Part shown: in pieces, positions 19,020 through 27,345 of the stretch
How the letters are laid out: each line of letters begins with the position of its first letter
Numbering within the stretch: the first letter of the stretch is position 1
Assembly (NCBI GenBank): GCA_902579195.1
Contig: CACHFV010000003.1
Coordinates: 20,877-84,876, forward strand
Direction: 5' to 3'
Origin: an uncultured SAR86 cluster bacterium
GTDB lineage: Bacteria; Pseudomonadota; Gammaproteobacteria; Magnimaribacterales; TMED112
Length of the DNA: 64,000 nucleotides
Position numbers and translations under genes: made by a program
Notes under the pieces: generated by a model
What the model saw: only the letters and a program-made list of their open reading frames with translations
Databases searched by the model: none
What the model was told of the DNA's origin: nothing

Positions 19020-20434
19020 TAAATGGTTGGCAGCCTGTAATTGGTCTTGAAGTACATGTTCAGCTTTTGACAAATACAAAACTTTTTTCACCAGCAAAAA
19101 ATAAATTTGGTGAAGATGCGAACAGTCTTGTTGATTTAATAGATATGGGGTTGCCCGGGGTTCTGCCTGTCTTGAATGAAGGTGCGATGAATCAAGGTAT
19201 AAAATTTGGCCTTGCAACTTCAGCGAAAATTGCTGAAACCATGATTTTTGATAGAAAAAATTATTTTTATCCAGATCTTCCTAAGGGTTATCAAATAACA
19301 CAATTACATTATCCAATTGTTAAAGATGGATTGGTTGATCTTGGATATAAGAAGGTTAGGATTCACCAAGCGCATCTTGAAGAAGATGCAGGCAAATCAA
19401 TGCATGATCAATATGATGCAAATTCGGTAATCGATCTTAATAGATCAGGAGTGCCTTTGTTAGAAATAGTTTCTGAGCCAGACTTACGCTCAGCACAGGA
19501 AGCAGTCGATTATCTAAAGAAAATCCATCAGATAATTACTTATTTAGATATTTCTGATGGAAATATGTCTCAGGGCTCTATGCGCTGCGATGCAAATGTA
19601 TCTCTTATGCGCCCAGATAGTAAAGAATATGGGACAAGAGCAGAAATAAAAAATATTAATTCTTTTAAGTTTGTTGAAAAAGCTATTAATCATGAAATAA
19701 AAAGACAAATGAAAATCCTTGAAGCTGGTGGAGAGATTGAGCAAGAAACAAGGCTTTATGATGCAGTTAAAGATGAGACAAGATCCATGCGTACAAAAGA
19801 ATTTGCAAATGACTATAGATACTTTCCATGCCCTGATTTAGTCCCAACACACATAAGCAAAGAGCAAATAGAATATGTAAAAAATACAATGGATGAGTTG
19901 CCAGAAGAAAAGGAAAAAAGATTCAAAAACCAATATAAGCTTGATGATTATGATTCAAAAGTACTTTGTTCTGAAAAAGAAACAGCGAAATTCTATGAGG
20001 AAGTGGTGCAAAACTGCGATCCACAAATTGCAGCTAAATGGATTATTGGCGAGCTAAACGCGCTATTAAACAAAAATGAGTTATCACTTGCAGATTCAAA
20101 AATTACATCTTCTAATTTTGCTGAACTTATTTTAAAAATATCTGATGGTACGATCTCTGGGAAGATAGCTAAAGATATTCTGGAAGATATTTGGGAAAGC
20201 GGTAATGCTGTTAACGACATAATTGACTCAAAAGGGCTAAAACAAATCTCTGATACTGGGGAAATAGAAAAAGTAATTGATGAGATACTTGAAAACAATA
20301 AATCACAAGTTGAAGCTTATAAGTCTGGAAAGGATAAGTTATTTGGCTTTTTTGTTGGACAGGTTATGAAGGCAACTCAAGGCAAAGCAAACCCTGGCAT
20401 GGTTAATCAGCTTCTTAAAGATAAGCTCAGTTAA
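18998..20434 (+). CDS. gatB: Asp/Glu-tRNA(Asn/Gln) amidotransferase subunit B
   Basis: WQPVIGLEVHVQL, HLEEDAGKS, MRCDANVS and a C-terminal YqeY/GatB domain. It starts at TTG 18998 with AGGAGG 7 nt upstream (18985-18990). Confidence 0.95.
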   Translation: MAQNDTVINGWQPVIGLEVHVQLLTNTKLFSPAKNKFGEDANSLVDLIDMGLPGVLPVLNEGAMNQGIKFGLATSAKIAETMIFDRKNYFYPDLPKGYQITQLHYPIVKDGLVDLGYKKVRIHQAHLEEDAGKSMHDQYDANSVIDLNRSGVPLLEIVSEPDLRSAQEAVDYLKKIHQIITYLDISDGNMSQGSMRCDANVSLMRPDSKEYGTRAEIKNINSFKFVEKAINHEIKRQMKILEAGGEIEQETRLYDAVKDETRSMRTKEFANDYRYFPCPDLVPTHISKEQIEYVKNTMDELPEEKEKRFKNQYKLDDYDSKVLCSEKETAKFYEEVVQNCDPQIAAKWIIGELNALLNKNELSLADSKITSSNFAELILKISDGTISGKIAKDILEDIWESGNAVNDIIDSKGLKQISDTGEIEKVIDEILENNKSQVEAYKSGKDKLFGFFVGQVMKATQGKANPGMVNQLLKDKLS

Positions 20435-21323
20435 TCAAAGTCACATCATCAGGAAAAATAACCTTCCCATCATAACTTTTTGTTATATCAGATATTATTT
20501 CATTCGATGTTGCCCCCCATATTAGTACGTGAGACAAAACAAGAGTTTCTGGTTGGAGCAAAGCAGCTATCTCAGCTAATTCCTGTGGACTAGTATGGTG
20601 CCATTTATGATAAATTTTCCAATCAGGTTCTTTTTTCTTAAATCCGCTTGATGAATATACCTCATGCACCAAAATATCTAAGTCTTTGCCATATTTAATG
20701 AGATTTTTCGATGGAGCTGTATCTCCTGAGATAAGAATTTTTTTATCATTTGTGGTTATTACAAAACCGTAAGATTCATCCAGATCACCATGATCATTTT
20801 TAAACGCTAAAACGTTTATATTTTTATCTTTGTAGACATAACCATCAAAAATAGGCTCAAAATTAATTTTATACCCTGTGTTATTTTGTGGCTGTGTGCC
20901 GGTAATTCGGTAATTAATATCAAACTCATATGCCTTGATTATATTCTCTGCCATTTGTTTCAATTTTGGCGGGCCATACAAGCTCAATTTACTTTCCCTG
21001 CCCATTACCCATGGTGTAATAATAAGATCTGAGAGACCGAGGGTATGATCTGAATGCATGTGGGTAAGAAAAGCGTGCTTGATATCCTCTACATCAAAAT
21101 TGTTCTCGCCACCCCAAGTTTTCGAAACCTTTGCTGCCCTTCTTATAACATTAGCTCCAAAATCAAATAAATATGGCTCGTCATTAACAACCAATAAATA
21201 TGCTGATCCAGCTCTATCTGGATTTGGATTAGGCGTGCCCGTACCTAGTACATAAAATTTTGTGTCACTTAAGATCGGAAAGCACAAAAGAAGAATATAA
21301 AAGAGCCTAATCATCGCCAACAC
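20427..21323 (-). CDS. Exported metallo-beta-lactamase-fold hydrolase (RNase Z/ElaC-like subgroup)
   Basis: Signal peptide (IRLFYILLLCFPILS). GTGTPNPNPDRAGSAYLL..YLFDFG and the HxHxDH motif THMHSDH. Later His/Asp ligand contexts are DHGD, SGDT and VHE. Confidence 0.65.
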   Translation of the reverse strand: MLAMIRLFYILLLCFPILSDTKFYVLGTGTPNPNPDRAGSAYLLVVNDEPYLFDFGANVIRRAAKVSKTWGGENNFDVEDIKHAFLTHMHSDHTLGLSDLIITPWVMGRESKLSLYGPPKLKQMAENIIKAYEFDINYRITGTQPQNNTGYKINFEPIFDGYVYKDKNINVLAFKNDHGDLDESYGFVITTNDKKILISGDTAPSKNLIKYGKDLDILVHEVYSSSGFKKKEPDWKIYHKWHHTSPQELAEIAALLQPETLVLSHVLIWGATSNEIISDITKSYDGKVIFPDDVTLIN

Positions 21324-22437
21324 TCAAAATAGCTATCCTATCTGATTTATAGGATCCAAAATAAAGCAAATCAGCATATGGATATGCCACTGATGCAGCT
21401 CCATAAGCGACGTTTGCTAAATTATACTCCTCTAATACTTCCATATCTGAATCAAATTTCATTGCAAAAAATGGTGTGGGGCATTGTATTAATTCTGGAT
21501 CTATACATTCAATAGCTCCAAGATCAGTATTTTGGCCTATGGCCCATAAAAAATCATCAACTACAAGCAAGTTATCTGGCCCACCATGTAAATAATTTCT
21601 TAATTTAAGGTTATGTCTTTCTCCGTTTTCAAAGATCCCAATACTGCCATTCATTCTGTAGCTAACAAAGAGTCTATCCCCAATCATCTCAATTCCATTT
21701 GGCCATGTCCCGCCTGAATTTCTCAAAACCCTATAGCCATCATCTTTAGACCATTGATACACATGACCTGTTTTTTGCTGTGTTAAATTTTTAATCAATA
21801 ATTTTTTGAAGCCTAAATCCTTATCGTATTGGTGAGTAACAAAAAAATCTCCTTTTTCATTTGCAATCACTACATCATTAAAATATGTATTTTTTTCTGG
21901 AGCTTTCACACAGCCAATCCAAAAAAGAGTTGGTTCACTTATATCGCTAAACTCGACATATTCAGGAAAAACTAAGAAAAATTCTATTCTGCTTATTTCT
22001 AAATGATTAACTACCGCAAGTAGTGATGATTCTTTTACAAAAGGGCTTAATGCATTCCCAACAGCAGAAAACTCCTCATAAATATCTATACCATGAGGAT
22101 AGATTGATCCTTTGCTAGGTAAGCAATCTTCTTCTCCAATACCCAAGTCATTATTCTCTAAATAGCTTATTTCATAGTCCGTTACCTTATTAGATAAAAG
22201 AGATAATTTTGACAATTTCCCTGATAAAGTGATTCCATTATTAAGTTCAGGTAAACCTGGGAACTGTGAAATAATTAAAGATTCTTCCTCGGGAATTTTT
22301 GCAAAATCTTCAGGATTTTGTAGCCCGCAAATTAGATCAAGAGTGCCTAGACTTTTACACTCATCGATATTGGGGTAATTGTAAGAGCAAGCTGCCAAAA
22401 AAATGGCAGCAAGCATTAAATAAAGCTTCTTATACAA
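21307..22437 (-). CDS. Lipoprotein with paraoxonase/arylesterase-like (SMP-30/strictosidine-synthase type) six-bladed propeller motifs
   Basis: Lipobox LAAC. FNDVVIANEKGDFFVTH resembles PON1 LNDIVAVGPEHFYGTND. WPNGIEMIGDRLFVS resembles FANGINISPDGKYVYIA. PDNLLVVDDFLWAIG resembles VDNISVDPETGDLWVG. The matches were recognised by eye only. Confidence 0.45.
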   Translation of the reverse strand: MYKKLYLMLAAIFLAACSYNYPNIDECKSLGTLDLICGLQNPEDFAKIPEEESLIISQFPGLPELNNGITLSGKLSKLSLLSNKVTDYEISYLENNDLGIGEEDCLPSKGSIYPHGIDIYEEFSAVGNALSPFVKESSLLAVVNHLEISRIEFFLVFPEYVEFSDISEPTLFWIGCVKAPEKNTYFNDVVIANEKGDFFVTHQYDKDLGFKKLLIKNLTQQKTGHVYQWSKDDGYRVLRNSGGTWPNGIEMIGDRLFVSYRMNGSIGIFENGERHNLKLRNYLHGGPDNLLVVDDFLWAIGQNTDLGAIECIDPELIQCPTPFFAMKFDSDMEVLEEYNLANVAYGAASVAYPYADLLYFGSYKSDRIAILSVGDD

Positions 22438-22879
22438 AGATCATTGCGAGGTTTTCTGCAACAAATCCTGGTTTATCAGATCCCTCAACTTCCAATTCAA
22501 TGTTAAATTTTAATAATAAGCGGCCTCCGCCCTTATCATTGACTTCTAGTAGGCTTGAGTTAAATCTGCATTTTGAGTCAACAGGCACAGGGTTGATAAA
22601 ACGAACCTTATCATAACCATAGTTCATGGCCATCTTAGTTCCTTCAACAACAAGTGCAGTTTCGTATCCCTTTCCAATAGATAAAGAAAGCATTAAAGCA
22701 CCGTGTGCAATTGTGCTCCCAAATATTGGTGTTGCTTGTTCAGGATCTACATGAATAAACTGATGGTCATCTGAAACATCAGCAAATTTGTTTATCATTT
22801 CTTGTGTAACGGTAAACCATGATGTGCTTCTCACAGAACCAATATGATTATTTAGATCTTCTGGTTTAATTGCTTCCAT
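22430..22879 (-). CDS. MaoC-like (R)-specific enoyl-CoA hydratase / hot-dog fold dehydratase
   Basis: 149 aa. FADVSDDHQFIHVDPE...GSTIAHGALMLS is the MaoC/NodN hydratase motif region. Confidence 0.75.
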   Translation of the reverse strand: MEAIKPEDLNNHIGSVRSTSWFTVTQEMINKFADVSDDHQFIHVDPEQATPIFGSTIAHGALMLSLSIGKGYETALVVEGTKMAMNYGYDKVRFINPVPVDSKCRFNSSLLEVNDKGGGRLLLKFNIELEVEGSDKPGFVAENLAMIFV

Positions 22880-22888
22880 TTTTCCTCC

Positions 22889-24502
22889 CTATTTCATTAA
22901 ATGGTCTTTGAACTGTTCTCTTAGTTCTATTTTAAGTACTTTACCTGTTGCTCCAATTGGCAACTCTTCCACAAAAACAATATCATCAGGCTTCCACCAT
23001 TTTGCAATCTTATCCTCTAGGAAAGCATATATTGATTCTTTATCTTTCTTATCATTTGCTGGCACTACCAAAAGCACTGGTCTTTCATCCCATTTTGGAT
23101 GTGCAACGCCAATAACGCATGCCTGCATTACATCCGGATGACTTTGTGCTGCATTTTCAAGATCAACTGAACTAATCCACTCTCCACCTGATTTGATAAC
23201 ATCCTTAGCCCTATCAACGATTGTCATATAACCATCAGGGTCTATGCTTGAAATATCACCAGTATCAAACCAGCCATCTGCATCAATGGCATCTGCCTCA
23301 TGCTTATAATATCTTTTATTTACCCATGGGCCTCTTATTAATAGCTTTCCATAAGCTTCGCCATCTTCAGGAACCTTGTTTCCATCATCATCAACAATTT
23401 TAAGTTCAACCCCAAAGACAGGCTTCCCTTGTTTAGTCTGAAGTTTGTAGAGCTCCTCTTTTGGCATTGCCTCCATTTCTTTAGTTTTAATATTAGCTGT
23501 AGCTAGTGGGCTAGTCTCTGTCATTCCCCACCCTTGAACAACATTCACACCATGTTCTTCATCAAACTGTTTAATCATTGCATATGGAACTGCTGACCCA
23601 CCAATAACAGTTTGTTTCACTGTATCGAGAGTTATATTATTTTCTTTACAATAATTTAATAAGCCTAACCAGATTGTAGGCACACCAAAGGCAAGCGTTA
23701 CCTTTTCTTTCTCTATTAGCTCAACTAATGCTGCACCATCCATGCCCATACCTGGCAAGACTAATTTGATACCATTCATTGCGCCTATATATGGCAAACC
23801 CCAACCCATGACATGGAACATAGGCACAACCATAAGTATTGAGTCATCTTTGTCGAGCCCAAGACCATTTGCTGAAGAACCAGCCCAGGCATGTAATAAG
23901 GTTGATTTATGAGAATACAGAACACCTTTTGGATTACCAGTTGTTCCTGATGTATAACAAAGGCCACATGGAGCATCTTCGCCTAATTCTGGCCATTCAT
24001 ATTCCTCATTTCCATCTTCGATGAACTCTTCATAAGAAATTGCATTTTTTAGCTGTGTCTCTGGCATTTCTTCTTTTGAACAAAGAAGAACATATTGCTC
24101 TACAGTTGGACAGTTAGCTTGTATGGCTTCAAGAAGTGGAGCAAAGATTGTCTCTAAAAAAATTATTCTGTTTTCTGCATGATTAATAATATAGACAACC
24201 TGCTCAGGATGCAGACGAAAGTTAATTGTATGCATTACTGCGCCCATACCTGAAATGCCGTAATACATTTCCATATTTCTATAAGTATTTAGCGCAAGGG
24301 ATCCAACATTCTGTCCGTGCTTAATCCCATACGATTCTAGTGCTGACCCAAGTTTCTTTGCCCTTTTGGCTACTTGACCATAATTCGATTTAACTATTTC
24401 TCCAGAGAGTGATCTTGTGACGATCTCAACCTCTGGGAAAATTCTTTCTGCATAGTCAATAATGCTTCCAACGTTCTGTTTCCATGATTGCATGTTGCTC
24501 AT
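22889..24502 (-). CDS. AMP-forming acyl-CoA synthetase (medium/long-chain fatty acid-CoA ligase)
   Basis: AMP-binding core YTSGTTGNPKGV, GWGMTE, DGWFDTGD and DRAKDVIKSGGEWIS motifs. The start was chosen at ATG 24502 (MSNMQSW...), which forms an ATGA overlap with the upstream stop. The ORF track extends to 24544. Confidence 0.85.
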   Translation of the reverse strand: MSNMQSWKQNVGSIIDYAERIFPEVEIVTRSLSGEIVKSNYGQVAKRAKKLGSALESYGIKHGQNVGSLALNTYRNMEMYYGISGMGAVMHTINFRLHPEQVVYIINHAENRIIFLETIFAPLLEAIQANCPTVEQYVLLCSKEEMPETQLKNAISYEEFIEDGNEEYEWPELGEDAPCGLCYTSGTTGNPKGVLYSHKSTLLHAWAGSSANGLGLDKDDSILMVVPMFHVMGWGLPYIGAMNGIKLVLPGMGMDGAALVELIEKEKVTLAFGVPTIWLGLLNYCKENNITLDTVKQTVIGGSAVPYAMIKQFDEEHGVNVVQGWGMTETSPLATANIKTKEMEAMPKEELYKLQTKQGKPVFGVELKIVDDDGNKVPEDGEAYGKLLIRGPWVNKRYYKHEADAIDADGWFDTGDISSIDPDGYMTIVDRAKDVIKSGGEWISSVDLENAAQSHPDVMQACVIGVAHPKWDERPVLLVVPANDKKDKESIYAFLEDKIAKWWKPDDIVFVEELPIGATGKVLKIELREQFKDHLMK

Positions 24503-25482
24503 TTTTTTCCCCAGTTTTTTAGATTGTGAAGATAAGGATACCATTCATTCTTCAGAGGGTGAAACCATGAAAACATAATATTATGGATTTTATTCATCTC
24601 CTTTTCAGAAAGATTAATGTCTGCTGCTGGGTTAAACAGATCTTTCATATTAATCAAACCTTCATTAACGCCATGTTTTGAAAGGATTTTTTCGAAAGAA
24701 ATGTTTGAGTTGCTCACAAAGTTGCCAAAAATTTCAATTATTAGACTGTCAGTTCTAACTAGTCCTGTGAGATTTATAAGGTAGAGATGCTTGCTGGCTA
24801 AATAGCTTTTATCTATGTAATGACAATCAGTTAAATTTAGCTTTTCTGGATTAGAGTCAATAGTAAAGAAATTATCCCAAATACATATTTGCTCCTCTGA
24901 AAAATTAGAAAAAACATCCTCATTAGCTTGTGATTGGCTCGTAGAAATTACATTTTTTCCTGTCCAAAAAAAATTAATATCCTTTGGAAAATTTGCAGTG
25001 AAATCAGAAAAATAGGCTAAGTGTCTTTCATCTTTGTTTATCAGCTCATCAGAATAGACTGTTGGGCAAAAATTAAAGCTACAGTCTGGGAACGTTAAGA
25101 CGCAGCTTTGATATATATCGAGTTGAGCTTCAAGGCTGAAGTGATTCTCAATGTCATCAAAAAGAATTGAAAAGTCTCTGACTCCAGATTTATAAAAAAG
25201 CTCAATTTTATTATAGATGTGTTCCTTGTTGTTGCTGATTGGGGCCAGACCCACGCCAATAGTTACTTCCTTAATCTTTGCATAGTTCACAAATTCAGAA
25301 AAATCTTCTAACCAGCCCTTTGGATGATCCAAATTTAAATCTGATCTTAAAAATGGGTCTTCTTTTGGGGCATAAAGATAGAAATTTAATTGGTTTTTAG
25401 ACATCAAATCAATGTGGATTTTTCTGTCTTCGAAGCTTACAAGCTTTCCGTAATAACCTTCTACAATTCCCCTATATTTCAT
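24499..25482 (-). CDS. GH84-like beta-N-acetylglucosaminidase (O-GlcNAcase/NagJ catalytic domain only), cytoplasmic
   Basis: Motifs in the same order as GH84 catalytic domains: RGIVEGYYG, NFYLYAPKEDPFLR, GVRDFSILFDDI (adjacent Asp-Asp), FCPTVYS, FFWTGKNVIS and IWDNF. No signal peptide. Confidence 0.7.
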   Translation of the reverse strand: MKYRGIVEGYYGKLVSFEDRKIHIDLMSKNQLNFYLYAPKEDPFLRSDLNLDHPKGWLEDFSEFVNYAKIKEVTIGVGLAPISNNKEHIYNKIELFYKSGVRDFSILFDDIENHFSLEAQLDIYQSCVLTFPDCSFNFCPTVYSDELINKDERHLAYFSDFTANFPKDINFFWTGKNVISTSQSQANEDVFSNFSEEQICIWDNFFTIDSNPEKLNLTDCHYIDKSYLASKHLYLINLTGLVRTDSLIIEIFGNFVSNSNISFEKILSKHGVNEGLINMKDLFNPAADINLSEKEMNKIHNIMFSWFHPLKNEWYPYLHNLKNWGKK

Positions 25483-25500
25483 ATTTTTAGTCTACATGAA

Positions 25501-26277
25501 TTATGCTTTTCCATACACAAAGCGTTTTCTTTCTACTAAATCTTTAATAACGGTTATAGAAGAAAATTTTTCCTTATACATGGCTTCTTGAATGATTTCA
25601 GACTGACCCTCACCATGCTCTATAAAAAAATGGCCATTTGGATTAAGGTGCTTTATTACACCACTTATAATTTTCAGAGAATCCGCTAAACCATTTTGTT
25701 TAGAAAACAGTGCGATTTTTGGTTCATGCACAAGAGAGCTATTTTTGCTTTCTTTTTCAGGAACATATGGTGGGTTTGCCACAACTAGATCGAATTTATT
25801 TTCAACACTCTCAAACCAATTCGATTCCATAAATTTTACTTTATAGTTGCTTTGCCAGTTATTTTTATGGGCAATCTCTAAAGCCTTTGTAGATATATCA
25901 ACCCCAAGCACATGCGCATCTTTAAATATCTTAGCGAGTTCTATTGCGATACAACCAGATCCGGTGCCTAAGTCTAAAATAGACTTTACATCTGCAATGT
26001 TGTTCTTTATGTAATCAACTAAAACTTCTGTTTCTGGTCTTGGTATCAGTACTGCTGGAGAGATTCTGTAGGTTCCATTGTAAAAATCCCATTCACCTAA
26101 GATGTATTGAATTGGCTTTTTTTTCTTTATGTCTTCGAGAAGGTCTTCGGAGATAAATGATTTGCTATCTATGCTTTTCAAAAGAAACCTTAGCCCTTCT
26201 TCGTAGCTATCACCATAAATTGAATACCAAGCTTGCTTGATTTCAGGCTTATTTAAATTATTTATTTTCGATTTCAC
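25501..26277 (-). CDS. prmC: Release factor glutamine N5-methyltransferase
   Basis: PRPETE, the SAM motif LDLGTGSGCIA and the NPPY catalytic motif (VANPPYV). Follows prfA. Confidence 0.9.
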   Translation of the reverse strand: MKSKINNLNKPEIKQAWYSIYGDSYEEGLRFLLKSIDSKSFISEDLLEDIKKKKPIQYILGEWDFYNGTYRISPAVLIPRPETEVLVDYIKNNIADVKSILDLGTGSGCIAIELAKIFKDAHVLGVDISTKALEIAHKNNWQSNYKVKFMESNWFESVENKFDLVVANPPYVPEKESKNSSLVHEPKIALFSKQNGLADSLKIISGVIKHLNPNGHFFIEHGEGQSEIIQEAMYKEKFSSITVIKDLVERKRFVYGKA

Positions 26278-27337
26278 TTAGCTTTTCTGCATTACTTTGA
26301 GCCATTAACGAATCAAGCATCTCGATGATGTCACCATCTAGAAAGTTATCTATGTTGTATAGAGTTAGCTTAAGTCGATGATCTGTAATTCTGCCCTGCG
26401 GAAAATTATAAGTTCTAATTTTTTCACTTCTATCGCCTGTGCCAACAAGGGATTTGCGTTCACTGGCTTTTTCTTGTTCCATTTTTTGCTTTTCAATATC
26501 ATAAATTTTTGAAGATAGAAGAGCTAAAGCCTTAGCTTTATTTTTATGTTGGCTTCTATCATCTTGGCACTCCACAACTATGCCTGTGGGAATGTGCGTT
26601 AACCTTACAGCTGAATCAGTCTTATTTACATGTTGTCCTCCAGCACCGGAGGCTCTGTATGTATCAACTCTTATTTCAGACATATCTACATCCTTTTCTT
26701 GAATGTCGTCCATTTCTGGCAGCACAGCTACTGTGATTGTGGAGGTATGAATTCTGCCTTGTGATTCTGTCAAAGGCACTCTCTGTACTCTATGTACACC
26801 AGATTCAAATTTAAGTTTTCCGTAAGCATCACTCCCCATGACTTTAATCACTACTTCTTTATAGCCGCCCGGACCAGATGCAATTTCTTTTATCTTTTCA
26901 ATCTTCCAATTGCTTCGCTCAGCAAAGCGGGAATACATTCTGTATAAATCGCCGACAAAAATAGCAGCTTCATCACCACCAGCACCGGCTCTCAATTCTA
27001 AAAAGACATTCCTCTCATCATCCCTATCTTTAGGTAAAAGCTGAATCATTATTGTAGATTCAAGAGATTCAAGCTCTTCTTCGCAAGATGCTTTCTCCTC
27101 CGATGCAAGCTCTTTCATCTCATCATCTTTTAACATAGCTTCAAGATCGATTAAGGATTTTTCAAGCTCTTGGTAACGTGACCAATTTTCCACCACATCT
27201 TTAATGTCAGAAAATTCTTTATTTAATTTAGTGAGCTTATCAATATCTTTTGTAATTTCAGGATCTGAGAGCTTTTTGCTCAAATCTTGTGAAATTTTTA
27301 ACAAATTATCTAAGGAATCTCGTATTGCTTGCTTCAT
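26258..27337 (-). CDS. prfA: Peptide chain release factor 1
   Basis: GGQ motif (SGAGGQHVNKT) and an RF1-type recognition loop (RVQRVPLTESQGRIHTS). Conserved hemA-prfA-prmC order. Confidence 0.95.
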   Translation of the reverse strand: MKQAIRDSLDNLLKISQDLSKKLSDPEITKDIDKLTKLNKEFSDIKDVVENWSRYQELEKSLIDLEAMLKDDEMKELASEEKASCEEELESLESTIMIQLLPKDRDDERNVFLELRAGAGGDEAAIFVGDLYRMYSRFAERSNWKIEKIKEIASGPGGYKEVVIKVMGSDAYGKLKFESGVHRVQRVPLTESQGRIHTSTITVAVLPEMDDIQEKDVDMSEIRVDTYRASGAGGQHVNKTDSAVRLTHIPTGIVVECQDDRSQHKNKAKALALLSSKIYDIEKQKMEQEKASERKSLVGTGDRSEKIRTYNFPQGRITDHRLKLTLYNIDNFLDGDIIEMLDSLMAQSNAEKLSEIENK

Positions 27338-27345
27338 AAGTTAAT

